From contig OY969935.1 of assembly GCA_963704735.1 (NCBI GenBank), positions 1,847,476-1,911,475 of the forward strand: 64,000 nucleotides of DNA, in the 5' to 3' direction. Of the stretch, positions 44,094-53,777 are shown piece after piece. Source of the stretch: an uncultured Solirubrobacteraceae bacterium. GTDB lineage: Bacteria > Actinomycetota > Thermoleophilia > Solirubrobacterales > Solirubrobacteraceae. The position numbers and the translations under genes are program-made. Positions within the stretch are counted from its first letter, which is position 1, and each line of letters starts with the position of its first letter. Under the pieces are notes generated by a model. The model saw only the letters and a program-made list of their open reading frames with translations, made no database searches and was not told where the DNA came from.

Positions 44094-45752
44094 TCAATGC
44101 CCGAGCTGCACCGTCTTCACGATCAGCAGCAGCACGGCCACGACCAGATAGCCCCGCAGCACGAGCATGCCGGTCTTTCGTCCGGGAGACCACACCGGTC
44201 GCTCGAGCAGGGCCAGCGGGGGCATCGTCCAAGTGCTGCGCCTCTCCTTGGGAGCCGGCTCGAGCTTGGCTGCGGCCGGGGAGCGGTTGCGAACCGCATA
44301 GATCGCCATCCCGGCGAAGCCCGCGAGCAGGGCGAGTGACAGGTAGGTGAAGAGATCGGTCACGTCGAGACGCGGGAACAGCGTGCTCGCCATGAGGATC
44401 AGCGAAAGCTCGACCAGCACCCCGATGATCACGCTCGCGACCACGTTGAGCCACCGGGGGTTCGACCACGGGCCGAGCACCTCGTGGTCGTTGCACAGCA
44501 GCAACAGGAACACGGTCGCGCTCGGCAGCAGCACGCCCGCCAACGCCTGCACCGAGGTAGTGATCAACCCGAGCGGAGCGCCCGGGATGAGTACTATCCC
44601 GGCCGCCGCCGCCACCATCAGAGCGAAGCTCCCGTAGAACAACTTGGCGTCAAGCGGCCCTCTGTTGAGCGAGTGCTTGGCGCCGAATACGTCGCCGAAA
44701 GCGTAGGAGGTGGCGAGCGTCACCGCCGCCGCGCCGATCAGCGACGCGTTGAGCAGCACGATCGCAAAGAACGTTCCGGCGCTTGACCCGAGGTAGCGGG
44801 CCAGTTCGGTGGCGACCGTGCCGGCGTCGGAGAACTGACCGAACGCGGGGGTGCCCGTGAACGCGAAGGCGGTGACGGCGATCAGCGCGCCGGCGCCGAT
44901 GACGACCACGAACGCCCCGATCACGGTGTCCGCGCGCTCGTAGTTGATCCAGCGCGGGGTGATTCGCTTGTCGATGATGTTCGACTGCTGAAAGAACAGT
45001 TGCCACGGCGCGACGGTCGTCCCCACGATCGCGATGATCAGCAGCACGGCCGTGGAGTTGGCGCCGCCCAGGACGCCCGGCACGAGCGCGTGGTGCGCGA
45101 TCTCACGGACGCTCGGGTGAGCCAGGATCAGCAGCGGGATCACGAGGAAGTTGGCGAGCACGAACACGTACATGAACCGCTCCCAGCTGCGGAAGCTCCC
45201 GGTGGAGGTGATCGCCACCAGAGCCACCGCCGAGATCGGCACGGCCACGTACTTGCTCACTCCGAAGTAACCGAGCGCAAGGCTGACCCCGATGAACTCC
45301 GTGACGATTGTGAGGAAGTTCAACAGGAACAAATCGCCGACCGAGAATGCGCCCCAGAACCTGCCGAACCGCTCGAAGATCAGGCGGGCATGACCCACGC
45401 CGGTCACCGCGCCCAGGCGGATGACCATCTCCTGGTTGACGATCAGCACTGGAATCAGCAGCAACAGCACCCACAGAAGGCTCGTGCCGTAGTTCTGCCC
45501 GGCCTGCGCATACGTGGACACGCCGCCCGCGTCGTTGTCGCCGACCATCACGATCAGGCCGGGGCCCATGATCGCCAGCAGGGCCATGGTCCGCGAGCGC
45601 CAGCCGTGCCGCTCGCCGGTGTCGTGCATGGCGATCGTCCCAAGCGCCCCGCGGATGTCGCCCACATGGGCCTCGTCCAGGACGGGTGGCACGCCCTCCA
45701 TGCGCACGGGTGGAGCGTCCGTCGGGGGCAGCGTGGTCGGCTCGTCGGTCAT
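44094..45752 (-). CDS. NRAMP-related divalent metal transporter, Mg2+-type (NRMT-like)
   Basis: MGPG, GDNDAGG instead of DPGN, GTTVAPW instead of GA-IMPH; SD GAAGGAGGTGA. Confidence 0.9.
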   Translation of the reverse strand: MTDEPTTLPPTDAPPVRMEGVPPVLDEAHVGDIRGALGTIAMHDTGERHGWRSRTMALLAIMGPGLIVMVGDNDAGGVSTYAQAGQNYGTSLLWVLLLLIPVLIVNQEMVIRLGAVTGVGHARLIFERFGRFWGAFSVGDLFLLNFLTIVTEFIGVSLALGYFGVSKYVAVPISAVALVAITSTGSFRSWERFMYVFVLANFLVIPLLILAHPSVREIAHHALVPGVLGGANSTAVLLIIAIVGTTVAPWQLFFQQSNIIDKRITPRWINYERADTVIGAFVVVIGAGALIAVTAFAFTGTPAFGQFSDAGTVATELARYLGSSAGTFFAIVLLNASLIGAAAVTLATSYAFGDVFGAKHSLNRGPLDAKLFYGSFALMVAAAAGIVLIPGAPLGLITTSVQALAGVLLPSATVFLLLLCNDHEVLGPWSNPRWLNVVASVIIGVLVELSLILMASTLFPRLDVTDLFTYLSLALLAGFAGMAIYAVRNRSPAAAKLEPAPKERRSTWTMPPLALLERPVWSPGRKTGMLVLRGYLVVAVLLLIVKTVQLGH

Positions 45753-45844
45753 CTTCGTTCACCTCCTTCGTCATCGCTCGCGGGATCGCGCGTGGTCTGA
45801 TCACGTCTCGGCGCACGCCGACGCGACGGTCCCGGTGAAGATGC

Positions 45845-45919
45845 TCAGGCCAGGAGGGACAGATCGTCGCCCGACAGACGTGCGGCCGGCTGGGTACTTC
45901 GTGGCTCTTCGCCGTCCAT
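45845..45919 (-). CDS. Putative leader peptide (uORF), 24 aa, MDGEEPRSTQPAARLSGDDLSLLA
   Basis: SD AAAGGAGG 5 nt before ATG; downstream of an extended -10; ends 92 nt before the transporter ATG. Confidence 0.6.
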   Translation of the reverse strand: MDGEEPRSTQPAARLSGDDLSLLA

Positions 45920-45968
45920 GCCGGCCTCCTTTCTACGTGCCTGTTCGGGCAGATCAGTGCTCGTGCGC

Positions 45969-45977
45969 AGCCTAGCA
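45969..45977 (-). promoter_or_regulatory. Extended -10 promoter (TG-c-TAGGCT) for the leader and NRAMP transcript
   Basis: Minus-strand TGCTAGGCT; a GC hairpin at about 46010-46070 separates it from the upstream gene. Confidence 0.5.
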
Positions 45978-46071
45978 ACGGTCGCGGATCGGCGCTCCCG
46001 CGCGCCGGCCCACGCAACCCCGCGGGCTCTGGCCTTCCGCCGCAGATCGCCGCTCGCGCGGGGCCTGCGCC

Positions 46072-47331
46072 TCAGTCGCTGGCGACGCCGAAGCGCCGTC
46101 GCCAGCCGGTGGGCAACGTCAGCTCGAGCACATCGTCGACGGTCACCACGCCGATGATCCGCGCGTCCTCGTCCACGACCGCGAGCATCAGGAGGTTGTA
46201 GTCGGTCATCGTGCGCGCGACCTCGGGAAGATCGGCGTCGGCGCGGACGGACACCGGCTCGTGTTCGGCGACCTCGTGCAGACCCGCCCCGGGGTCCGCG
46301 CGCAGGAGCGTGACCACCGGCACCGAGCCCGACAGCCGGCCCTCGGCGTCGCGCAGGTAGATCGTCGTCAGCGTTCCGGGAGCCAGGTCGCTCGACCGGA
46401 TCAGATCGATCGCGCCGGCCGCCGAGTCGGTCTCCCCGAGGAGGATGAAATCGGGGCTCATCAGACCGCCCGCGGTCGAGGGGTTGTAACCGAGCAGCCG
46501 TTCGATCTGGTGTCGATGGGTGGCCGGCAGCAGGGCAAGAATGCGCCCGCGGCGCTCCTGCTCGATCTCCACGATCAGGTCGGCCGCGTCGTCGGCGGCC
46601 ATGCGCGAGATGACAGCCGCGACCTGCGCATCGGGGCGCTCACGAATGAACTCCAGCTGATGATGCTCGTCGAGCTCCTCGAAGACATCGGCCTCGAGCT
46701 CGCGATCCTGACCCACGGCCTCGATGATCTCCTCGCCCTCGTCGTGCGAAGCCGCCTCCACCAGGTCGGCGATCTCGGCCGGGTGCAGGTTGGCGAGCTT
46801 GCGATGGGAGAAGCGCAGCCGCGCGCTGGGCACGTGGCCGACGAAGGGCTCCATGTCGGTCCAGTCGAGGAACGGCCTGTCGCCGATCACCCGTCGCAGC
46901 CGGCGCGGAAGCAGGCGCCGCAGCTGCGCGCGCGTGCTCGCGTCGACGCCGACCACACGCCACCATCCATCGATGCACGCGAGCTCGATCTCATGAGCGG
47001 TGATCAGGCGCGGTGGGTCGGCTTCGACGTTGACGAGCTTGCGCCCGAGCACATCGCCCCCGAGCAGCACCTCGCCGACGCGCCGCTCGAAGCGTTTCAG
47101 GCTGAGCCTCTCGCCGGCCAGCCGCACGGCGCCCGGCGCCAGCTCCGCGATGCGGTCGACGGGCACGAACAGCTCTCGTCCCCCGATCCGCGCCTTCAGG
47201 CCCGTCACGGGCGGGTAGCCGCCGTCGGCGAGACGCACGATCAGATCCTCGACGCGGCCGAGCCGCTCGCCCGCTCGATCGAGCAACGGGCTGCGCAGGA
47301 TCGACGAGAGGTGCACCACGGGCTGTGCCAC
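46072..47331 (-). CDS. Soluble MgtE-like protein (PRC-barrel-like + MgtE N-domain + CBS pair), no membrane domain
   Basis: LHPAEIADLVE, M-ADDAADL, TAGGLMSPDF, GVVTVDDVL; ends immediately after the CBS domains. Confidence 0.88.
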   Translation of the reverse strand: MAQPVVHLSSILRSPLLDRAGERLGRVEDLIVRLADGGYPPVTGLKARIGGRELFVPVDRIAELAPGAVRLAGERLSLKRFERRVGEVLLGGDVLGRKLVNVEADPPRLITAHEIELACIDGWWRVVGVDASTRAQLRRLLPRRLRRVIGDRPFLDWTDMEPFVGHVPSARLRFSHRKLANLHPAEIADLVEAASHDEGEEIIEAVGQDRELEADVFEELDEHHQLEFIRERPDAQVAAVISRMAADDAADLIVEIEQERRGRILALLPATHRHQIERLLGYNPSTAGGLMSPDFILLGETDSAAGAIDLIRSSDLAPGTLTTIYLRDAEGRLSGSVPVVTLLRADPGAGLHEVAEHEPVSVRADADLPEVARTMTDYNLLMLAVVDEDARIIGVVTVDDVLELTLPTGWRRRFGVASD

Positions 47332-47364
47332 GACAGCCCGAACGTTACGCCTTCGCGCGGACCG

Positions 47365-48318
47365 TCACTGCTCGGCGGTGAGGAGCAGCGCAGCGCCGAT
47401 CGCGCCGCCGAGATCGCCGAGCGCCGCCACGTGGACGTGCGGAGGTCGGGAATCGACGAACACGTGCGGCAGCATCTCGTCGGCGATCCGCTTGGCGTAC
47501 GGATGACCGAGCCTGACGCCAAGCCCGCCACCGATGATCACGCCCTCGACGTCGAGCAGGTTCACGGCCGAGGCGATGCCGGCCCCGAGCGCGCGGATCG
47601 CACGGTCGATCATGTGGATCGCCAGCTTGTCGCCGTTATCCAGCGCCCGCGCCCAGATCCCGCTCGTCAACCGCGTGCGATCGCGCTCGTGCATCAGCTT
47701 GAACAGATCCGTCTTGCGCCCTTTCTCGAACAGCCTCGAGACGTGATCTTCCATCGCCGCCCGGCCGGCATAGGCCTCCATGCAGCCGCGCCGTCCGCAC
47801 GTGCACCGTGCCCCGTCGATCTCCACGACCATGTGTCCGACCTCGCCGGCGGCGCCTCGTCCCGTCCATGGCCTGCCGTCGAGTATCAGCCCGCCACCGA
47901 CGCCCGTGCCCCAGAACACCCCGAGCAGGGAGCGGTAGAGCCGGCCGGCGCCCAGCTTGAACTCGGCGTCTGTCGCGACCTGCACGTCGTTTCCGATCCT
48001 GACCTGGCAGCCGAGTGCCCGTTCGAGCGTGTCGCGGAGCGGGAAACTGCCCTGCCAACCGGGCAGATTGCGAGCGCTCGACACGTTGCCGGCCCCGTCG
48101 ACGGTGCCGGGGGACCCGACCCCGACCCCGGCCAGCGCCGCCGGCTCGACCTCGGCGGCCTTGGCCGCGTCGCCCAGCGCCGCCGCCATCGCGGCCGCGA
48201 CCTCCGGCGGTCCACCGGTCGTCGGCGTGGACGCACGCGCGGACCCGAGCACGCTGTGGTCCCGATCTACGATCGCCGCCTGGATCTTGGTGCCGCCAAG
48301 GTCAATGCCGCCGTACAT
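47365..48318 (-). CDS. ROK family sugar kinase (glucokinase-like)
   Basis: GIDLGGTK, ND, GTGVGGG, GEVGH, CTCGRRGCME. Confidence 0.94.
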   Translation of the reverse strand: MYGGIDLGGTKIQAAIVDRDHSVLGSARASTPTTGGPPEVAAAMAAALGDAAKAAEVEPAALAGVGVGSPGTVDGAGNVSSARNLPGWQGSFPLRDTLERALGCQVRIGNDVQVATDAEFKLGAGRLYRSLLGVFWGTGVGGGLILDGRPWTGRGAAGEVGHMVVEIDGARCTCGRRGCMEAYAGRAAMEDHVSRLFEKGRKTDLFKLMHERDRTRLTSGIWARALDNGDKLAIHMIDRAIRALGAGIASAVNLLDVEGVIIGGGLGVRLGHPYAKRIADEMLPHVFVDSRPPHVHVAALGDLGGAIGAALLLTAEQ

Positions 48319-48465
48319 GGATCGCGCGGATCATCGCAGCGGTCGCGGCGGCCAATCGGCGCTCCGATAAAGAGCGCCGGGCGTGGGCTTTAGGAGAATT
48401 TATGCGCGCTTGCAGGCTTTCTTCGCAGGTTCTTACGGCATGGGCACAGTATCGATGTCAGTGAG

Positions 48466-50116
48466 ATGACCGAACGCACCAGAGCATCCTGGCTCGTCTA
48501 CGTACTGGGAGCTCTCTGCGCCGGTGCGATCGCGGCCGCCGTCCTCGTGGTTGGACCCGCCTCCGGCACCCAGGGCAGTCAGAGCCGCATCGTCACGGTC
48601 GCGAGCGGAGTCGTGCAGTCGACCGTGTCGGGCAGCGGCAACCTTGCGGCTGCCAGCCAGCTCAACCTCGGCTTCAAGACGAGCGGAACGGTCACGCACA
48701 TCAACGTGACCCAGGGCGAGCAGGTCGTTCAGGGGCAGCTGCTGGCCACGCTCGACCCGCAGAGCGCCGAAGTGACCCTCGAACAGTCGAAGGCCACCCT
48801 GCAGTCCGCCGAAGCCAACCTCGCCAAGGAGGAAGAAACGAACGGCGAAACCTCCACCGGGCAGGCGTCGAGCGGCTCGACTGCGGGCGGCAGCGGCGCC
48901 GCCTCGACGGCGTCGGTGTCCAACCAGCCGGCCTCGCAGATCGCGAGCGCGGCCGCCGCGCCAGCCCGAACCGGCCCGGGCGCTCCCCCCACCACAACCA
49001 CCCCGACGACCACCTCCCCGGCGACGACCTCTCCCACAGCCAGCACGCCGAGCACCACACCCGCCAAGACCCCGCCGCCACGCCGCCCGGCAAGATGAGG
49101 ACGACGACGACGCCAACGACCACCACGCCGAGCAAGAGCACGAAAAGTGCGCCGGAAAGCGAAAGCAAGACAACGAGCTCCTCACCGTCGTCGAAGACCA
49201 CCATCAGCACGGCCACGCGCGAAGCCAACCTCGCGTCGGCGAGAGCCGCAGTCAAGAGCGACAAGCTGACGGTGCAGAGCGATGAACAGGCGGTCGAGGA
49301 CACCAAGCTCTACGCGCCCGAGGACGGCACGATCGTCTCGCTCTCCGGTCAGGTCGGGGAAACCGTGTCCGGAAGCGGAACGACCAGGGCTTCGAGCACG
49401 AGCAGCTCCTCGAGCGGATCGGGGTCGAGCGCGACCGGGGCGGGCGCCTCCTCCTCCGGGAGTGGCGGCCGCTCGGCCGCTGGCTCCTCGAGCTCCTCCG
49501 GCGCCTCATCGAGCGGCTCGGCCGGCTCCTCGAGCTCAGCGTTCGCGGTCCTGAGCGACCTCACCGCCGATGCAGCTCGTGGCGCCGCTGAGCGAGTCCG
49601 AAGTCGGCAACGTGAAGGCCGGTCAGATCGCCACGGTGACCGTCGAAGCGCTCGAAGGCCGCAAGCTCGCGGCCCACGTCAGCGAAGTCGCCATCCTCTC
49701 CACGAGCAACAGCGGCGTGGTGAGCTACGACGTCACGTTCCAGCTCGACCAGATGGAATCCGGCTTGAAACCCGGCATGAGCGCCACCGCCGAAGTCGTC
49801 GTCAAGCAGGCCGAAGGCGTCAACGTCCCGACCAGCGCGATCACGGGCGGAGCGGTGACTGTCGTGCAGAACGGCAAGCAGGTGCGCCGGCGGGTCGTCA
49901 CGGGCCTGGCGGGCAACAGCTCGACGATCATCCTCAGCGGCCTGAAGGCGGGCGAAAAGGTCGCCCTGCCGGTTGCGACGAGCACCAGCAGCACGCCCTC
50001 GAGCAGCCGCACCGGCGGCAGGCCTGGGCCGCGCCGGCGGCCTGGGCGGCGCGCTGGGCGGAGCGGGAGGTCTCGGCGGCGGCGGCGCCGCCCTCTTCAG
50101 AGGCGGTGGCGGCTGA
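48466..50116 (+). CDS. MacA-like efflux membrane-fusion protein; three apparent frameshifts (about 49070, 49568, 50020)
   Basis: Three consecutive ORFs give lipoyl half (SGTVTHINV-GEQV-GQLLA), LYAPEDGTI, LKPGMSATAEV, GLKAGEKV; Gly-rich tail ends at TGA 50114-50116. Confidence 0.8.
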
Positions 50117-50992
50117 TGAGGCGCCCCCTGCGCTCGCGCATCGAGTTCCGCGTGCGCGCCCCTCGTCGCCGGCCCGTGGTGGAGCGTGTGGTGAGTGGCT
50201 CGCGCGACGCCGATCGCTCGAAGCACCCCGTCATACAGGTGCACAGAGGTCACGAAGATCTTCGAGCTGGGACAGATCCGCGTGCGTGCCCTGCGCGACG
50301 TCTCGCTGCGCATCGACGCCGGTGACCTCGTGGCGATCATGGGCAGCTCGGGCAGCGGCAAGAGCACGCTGATGAACATCCTCGGCTGCCTGGACATACC
50401 CACGAGCGGGCGCTACGAGATCGACGGCGTGGACGTCAGCCAGATGGACGAGGACGACCTCGCCGACCTGCGCAACCGCAAGATCGGCTTCGTCTTTCAG
50501 AGCTTCAACCTCGTCCCGCGCACCAGCGCGCTCGTCAACGTCGAGCTGCCGCTCGCCTACGCCGGACTGAGGGGCGCCGAGCGCAGGCGGCGCGCCGAAC
50601 GCGCGCTGCGCTCGGTGGGGATGGCCAACCGCATGCACCATATGCCGGCGGAGCTGTCGGGCGGCCAGCAGCAGCGGGCCGCGGTCGCGCGGGCGATCGT
50701 CACCAACCCCTCGCTGATCCTCGCCGACGAGCCGACCGGCAACCTGGACTCGCGCTCCACCGAGGACGTTCTGCGGATCTTCGCCCGCCTGAACGAAGAA
50801 GGGCGCACCGTGGTCCTGATCACCCACGAGCCCGACGTCGCCGAGCAGACCAAGCGGGTGATCCGCCTGAGCGACGGCGAGGTCGTCGAGGACCGCCGTT
50901 CGCACGGCGTCCGCGATGCGCCGCCGGTGGTCCGCCGCCAGAAGTCCTCGCACCGCCCGATCGACGCCGGCGTCGCAGAGGCGCAGCCGTGA
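50116..50992 (+). CDS. ABC transporter ATP-binding protein (MacB/LolD type); apparent frameshift near 50243
   Basis: GSSGSGKST, LSGGQQQR, ILADEPTGNLD; ATG overlaps the upstream stop (TGATG). Confidence 0.92.
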
Positions 50993-52208
50993 TCGGTCCC
51001 GAGACCCTGCGCATCGCATGGAGCGGGATCACCGCGAACAAGCTCCGCTCCGGACTGACGATCCTCGGCATGACGATCGGCGTCGCCTCGGTGATCGTCC
51101 TGATAGCCGTCGGCAATGGCTCCTCCAAGGCCGTCCAGTCGCGCATCCAGAGCCTCGGCACGAACGTGCTGATCGTGATGGGCGCCGGAGGCTTTCGCGG
51201 CGGCGCACGGGCGAGCACCACGGCGAGCGTCTCGCTGACCAAGCAGGACGCCGAAGCGCTCCAGGAACCGGCCAAGGCGCCGGACGTCAAGAGCGCCTCC
51301 CCCGTGGTCAACGCCAGCGGCGTGAAACTCGTCTTCGGCAGCTCGAGCTATGAACCGTCTTCGTTCGTGGGCACGACCCCCCCTACCTCACCGCCCACAG
51401 CTACAAACTCCAGGAAGGCGCCTCATTCACAGCCGCTGACGTCAGCCAGCACAAGCGCGTGGTGGTGATCGGGCAGACCGTTCTCAAGGAACTGTTCGGC
51501 GGGCAGAGCGCAGTCGGTCAGAACATGAAGGTCAACGGCAGCAACTACGAAGTGGTCGGCGTGCTGGCCTCGAAGGGGTCCAACGGCGCCACCAACGAGG
51601 ACGACGTCGTGATGGCCCCGATCACGACCGTGCAGAACTCGCTCACCGGCACCGGGCCGATCGACTCGATCACCGTCGAGGCAAAGTCCGAATCGGCGCT
51701 CGACGCGGCAGAATCAGAGGTCACGCAGATCCTCGAGGAACGCCACAAAATCAAGAACACCTCCGAACCGGGCTTCAACGTTCTCAACCAGGGCTCGCTG
51801 CTTGAAACCTCGAGCTCCACGAGCAGCGTGTTCACGACGCTGCTCGGCGAGGTGGCGGCGATCTCGCTGCTGGTCGGCGGTATCGGCGTGATGAACATCA
51901 TGCTCGTGAGCGTCACCGAGCGCACGCGCGAGATCGGCATCCGCAAGGCGATCGGGGCCAGGCGCAGCGACATCCTCACCCAGTTCCTGACCGAGGCCGT
52001 GCTGGTTTCCCTGTTCGGCGGCGTCACCGGGGTGCTCGTCGGCGTCGTTGGAAGCCAGTTCAAGATCGCCGGCGTGCAACCGGAAATCGCCACGTACTCG
52101 ATCTTCCTCGCCTTCGGCGCCGCGCTGCTCTCGGGCCTGTTCTTCGGTACCTACCCCGCCGCCCGCGCCGCCCGTCTCCGACCGATCGAAGCGCTGCGCT
52201 TTGAGTGA
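50989..52208 (+). CDS. MacB-family ABC permease; apparent frameshift in the C7 run 51377-51383
   Basis: NKLRSGLTILG-TIGVASVI in the first ORF; GGIGVMNIMLVSVTERTREIGIRKAIGA and PIEALRFE in the second. Confidence 0.92.
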
Positions 52209-52239
52209 GCCATCTTCCCCCCGCCAGGAGCCCATCATC

Positions 52240-52281
52240 ATGCCCGACCAAGAGCCCGTCATGCCCGACCAAGAGCCCCCA
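52240..52281 (+). repeat. 21-nt tandem duplication (MPDQEP twice)
   Basis: atgcccgaccaagagccc at 52240 and 52261. Confidence 0.85.
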
Positions 52282-52977
52282 ATGTCCCCCGCGGAGCCGG
52301 CCGTCCCGCGCCCCTCCGCCGAGGACACTGCCGCTGCCCAACGACAGATAGCCGCGCATGAGACGATGGAAGAGCAGGACGAATGGCTCGAGGAGCCCGT
52401 CGATCTGCCCCCCCGGCCACGCCGGCGCCTGCTCAGCCCGGTTCCGCTCGCGCTGCTCGGCGTGCTGCTCTGTGCCGCCGGATTCATCGGCGGCGTGCTC
52501 ATCGAGAAGGGACAGACCTCCTCGAGCGCCCCGGCCGGCGCGACTTCGGGCCTCGCCTCGCGCTTCGCGGCCCTGCGCGCAGGCGCATCAGGCGGCGCCT
52601 CAGGCGGCTCTGGAGCGTCGGGCGCGGGTGGGTTCGGCGGGGGCGGCGCAGGCGCGACCGCCGGCAGCGTGGCGTACATCTCCGGGAACACGCTGTACGT
52701 GACCAGCGCCGAAGGTGACACCATCAAGGTCAACACCTCGCCGGGTACGACGGTGACGAAGACGGTCAAAGGGAGCGTCACCGGCATCCACCCCGGGGAA
52801 ACCGTGACCGTGACGGGTGCAAGCGGTGCGAACGGTGCGATCACCGCCGAATCGATCCGTGTGGGCGCAGGCGCAGGCGGCGGCCTCGGAGCGCTGTTCA
52901 GCGGCTCCGGCGCGGGTGCGGGCAAATCTTCCAGCAGCCGAGGCGGCGGCGAACCCGCCCTGTTCGGGGGCGGCTAG
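52240..52977 (+). CDS. Single-TM Gly-rich protein with a C-terminal beta (OB/DUF5666-like) domain
   Basis: TM helix AAGFIGGVLIEK; G-V-YISGNTLYV...G-TVTV-G...GAITAESI. Confidence 0.65.
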   Translation: MPDQEPVMPDQEPPMSPAEPAVPRPSAEDTAAAQRQIAAHETMEEQDEWLEEPVDLPPRPRRRLLSPVPLALLGVLLCAAGFIGGVLIEKGQTSSSAPAGATSGLASRFAALRAGASGGASGGSGASGAGGFGGGGAGATAGSVAYISGNTLYVTSAEGDTIKVNTSPGTTVTKTVKGSVTGIHPGETVTVTGASGANGAITAESIRVGAGAGGGLGALFSGSGAGAGKSSSSRGGGEPALFGGG

Positions 52978-53032
52978 CATCGGCACGAGCGGGTGTGCGT
53001 CCGAAAAACACAATCAGCGACAAAGGAGCTTC

Positions 53033-53695
53033 ATGCCTCACATCAACGGAAACAGACGCAACCCCACAGCTGGGGCGAAACCCGCGGCCGTGGCCGCCCT
53101 TGCCCTGCTGCTCGCCTGTCTCGGGCTGGTGGCCTGCGGCGGCTCCTCGAGCACGTCGTCCACGAGCGCAAGCGCGTCCGCCGCGAGCGCGACGACTGGG
53201 GGCGCCGCCACAGGCGCCTCGGGGCCGCGCGCCGGACGCTTCAGCGCGCTGCGCGAATGCCTGCAGAAGAACGGCATCACGCTGCCGAAACGCACCCCCG
53301 GCCAGCGTCCGCCCGGCGGCGCGGGCGGGTTTCTCGGCGGCGGCGCAAGCGGCCCGCAGCTGCCGGCGGGCGTGACGCGCGCGCAGTACGAAGCGGCCGT
53401 CAAGAAGTGCGGCGGCGCGGCCTTCGTGGGCGCCGGGGGTCGCATCAAAAGCCCCGCGTTCAAACAGGCGCTTGCCAAGTTCGCGGCGTGCATGCGTGAA
53501 AACGGCGTCAACGTGCCGGAACCCAACACGTCCGGCAACGGTCCGATCTTCAACAGCAAGGGCCTGGACACGACGAGCCCGCAGTTCAAGGCGGCCCAGG
53601 CCAAGTGCAGCGCGGATCTGCGTGGCACGTTTCGGCGTGGACCGAGCGCGGGCGCTCCGCCCGGTGCGCCCGGCGGGGAATCTCCGACCGGGTAG
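53033..53695 (+). CDS. Lipoprotein with two Cys-paired helical repeats
   Basis: Lipobox LVAC; repeats C-L/M-xxNG...AxxKC; SD AAAGGAG. Confidence 0.8.
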   Translation: MPHINGNRRNPTAGAKPAAVAALALLLACLGLVACGGSSSTSSTSASASAASATTGGAATGASGPRAGRFSALRECLQKNGITLPKRTPGQRPPGGAGGFLGGGASGPQLPAGVTRAQYEAAVKKCGGAAFVGAGGRIKSPAFKQALAKFAACMRENGVNVPEPNTSGNGPIFNSKGLDTTSPQFKAAQAKCSADLRGTFRRGPSAGAPPGAPGGESPTG

Positions 53696-53728
53696 CCGCG
53701 CCCGTCCAGGCGCAGCGAGACGGTGGGC

Positions 53729-53757
53729 CCGGGTCGCCGCCAGCGGTGGCGGCCCGG
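53729..53757. terminator. Hairpin between convergent genes
   Basis: 13-bp stem ccgggtcgccgcc/ggtggcggcccgg (with G-U pairs), 3-nt loop. Confidence 0.5.
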
Positions 53758-53777
53758 CACCGAGCGGCCGGGTCGGT

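Noticed and set aside
45753-46071. M-box (ykoK) or yybP-ykoY riboswitch
   Set aside because: Conserved aptamer sequences not recognisable by eye; the uORF model fits better, though cmscan is still needed
48405-48440. OmpR-family direct repeats before the exporter operon
   Set aside because: GCAGG repeats have irregular spacing; too weak to call
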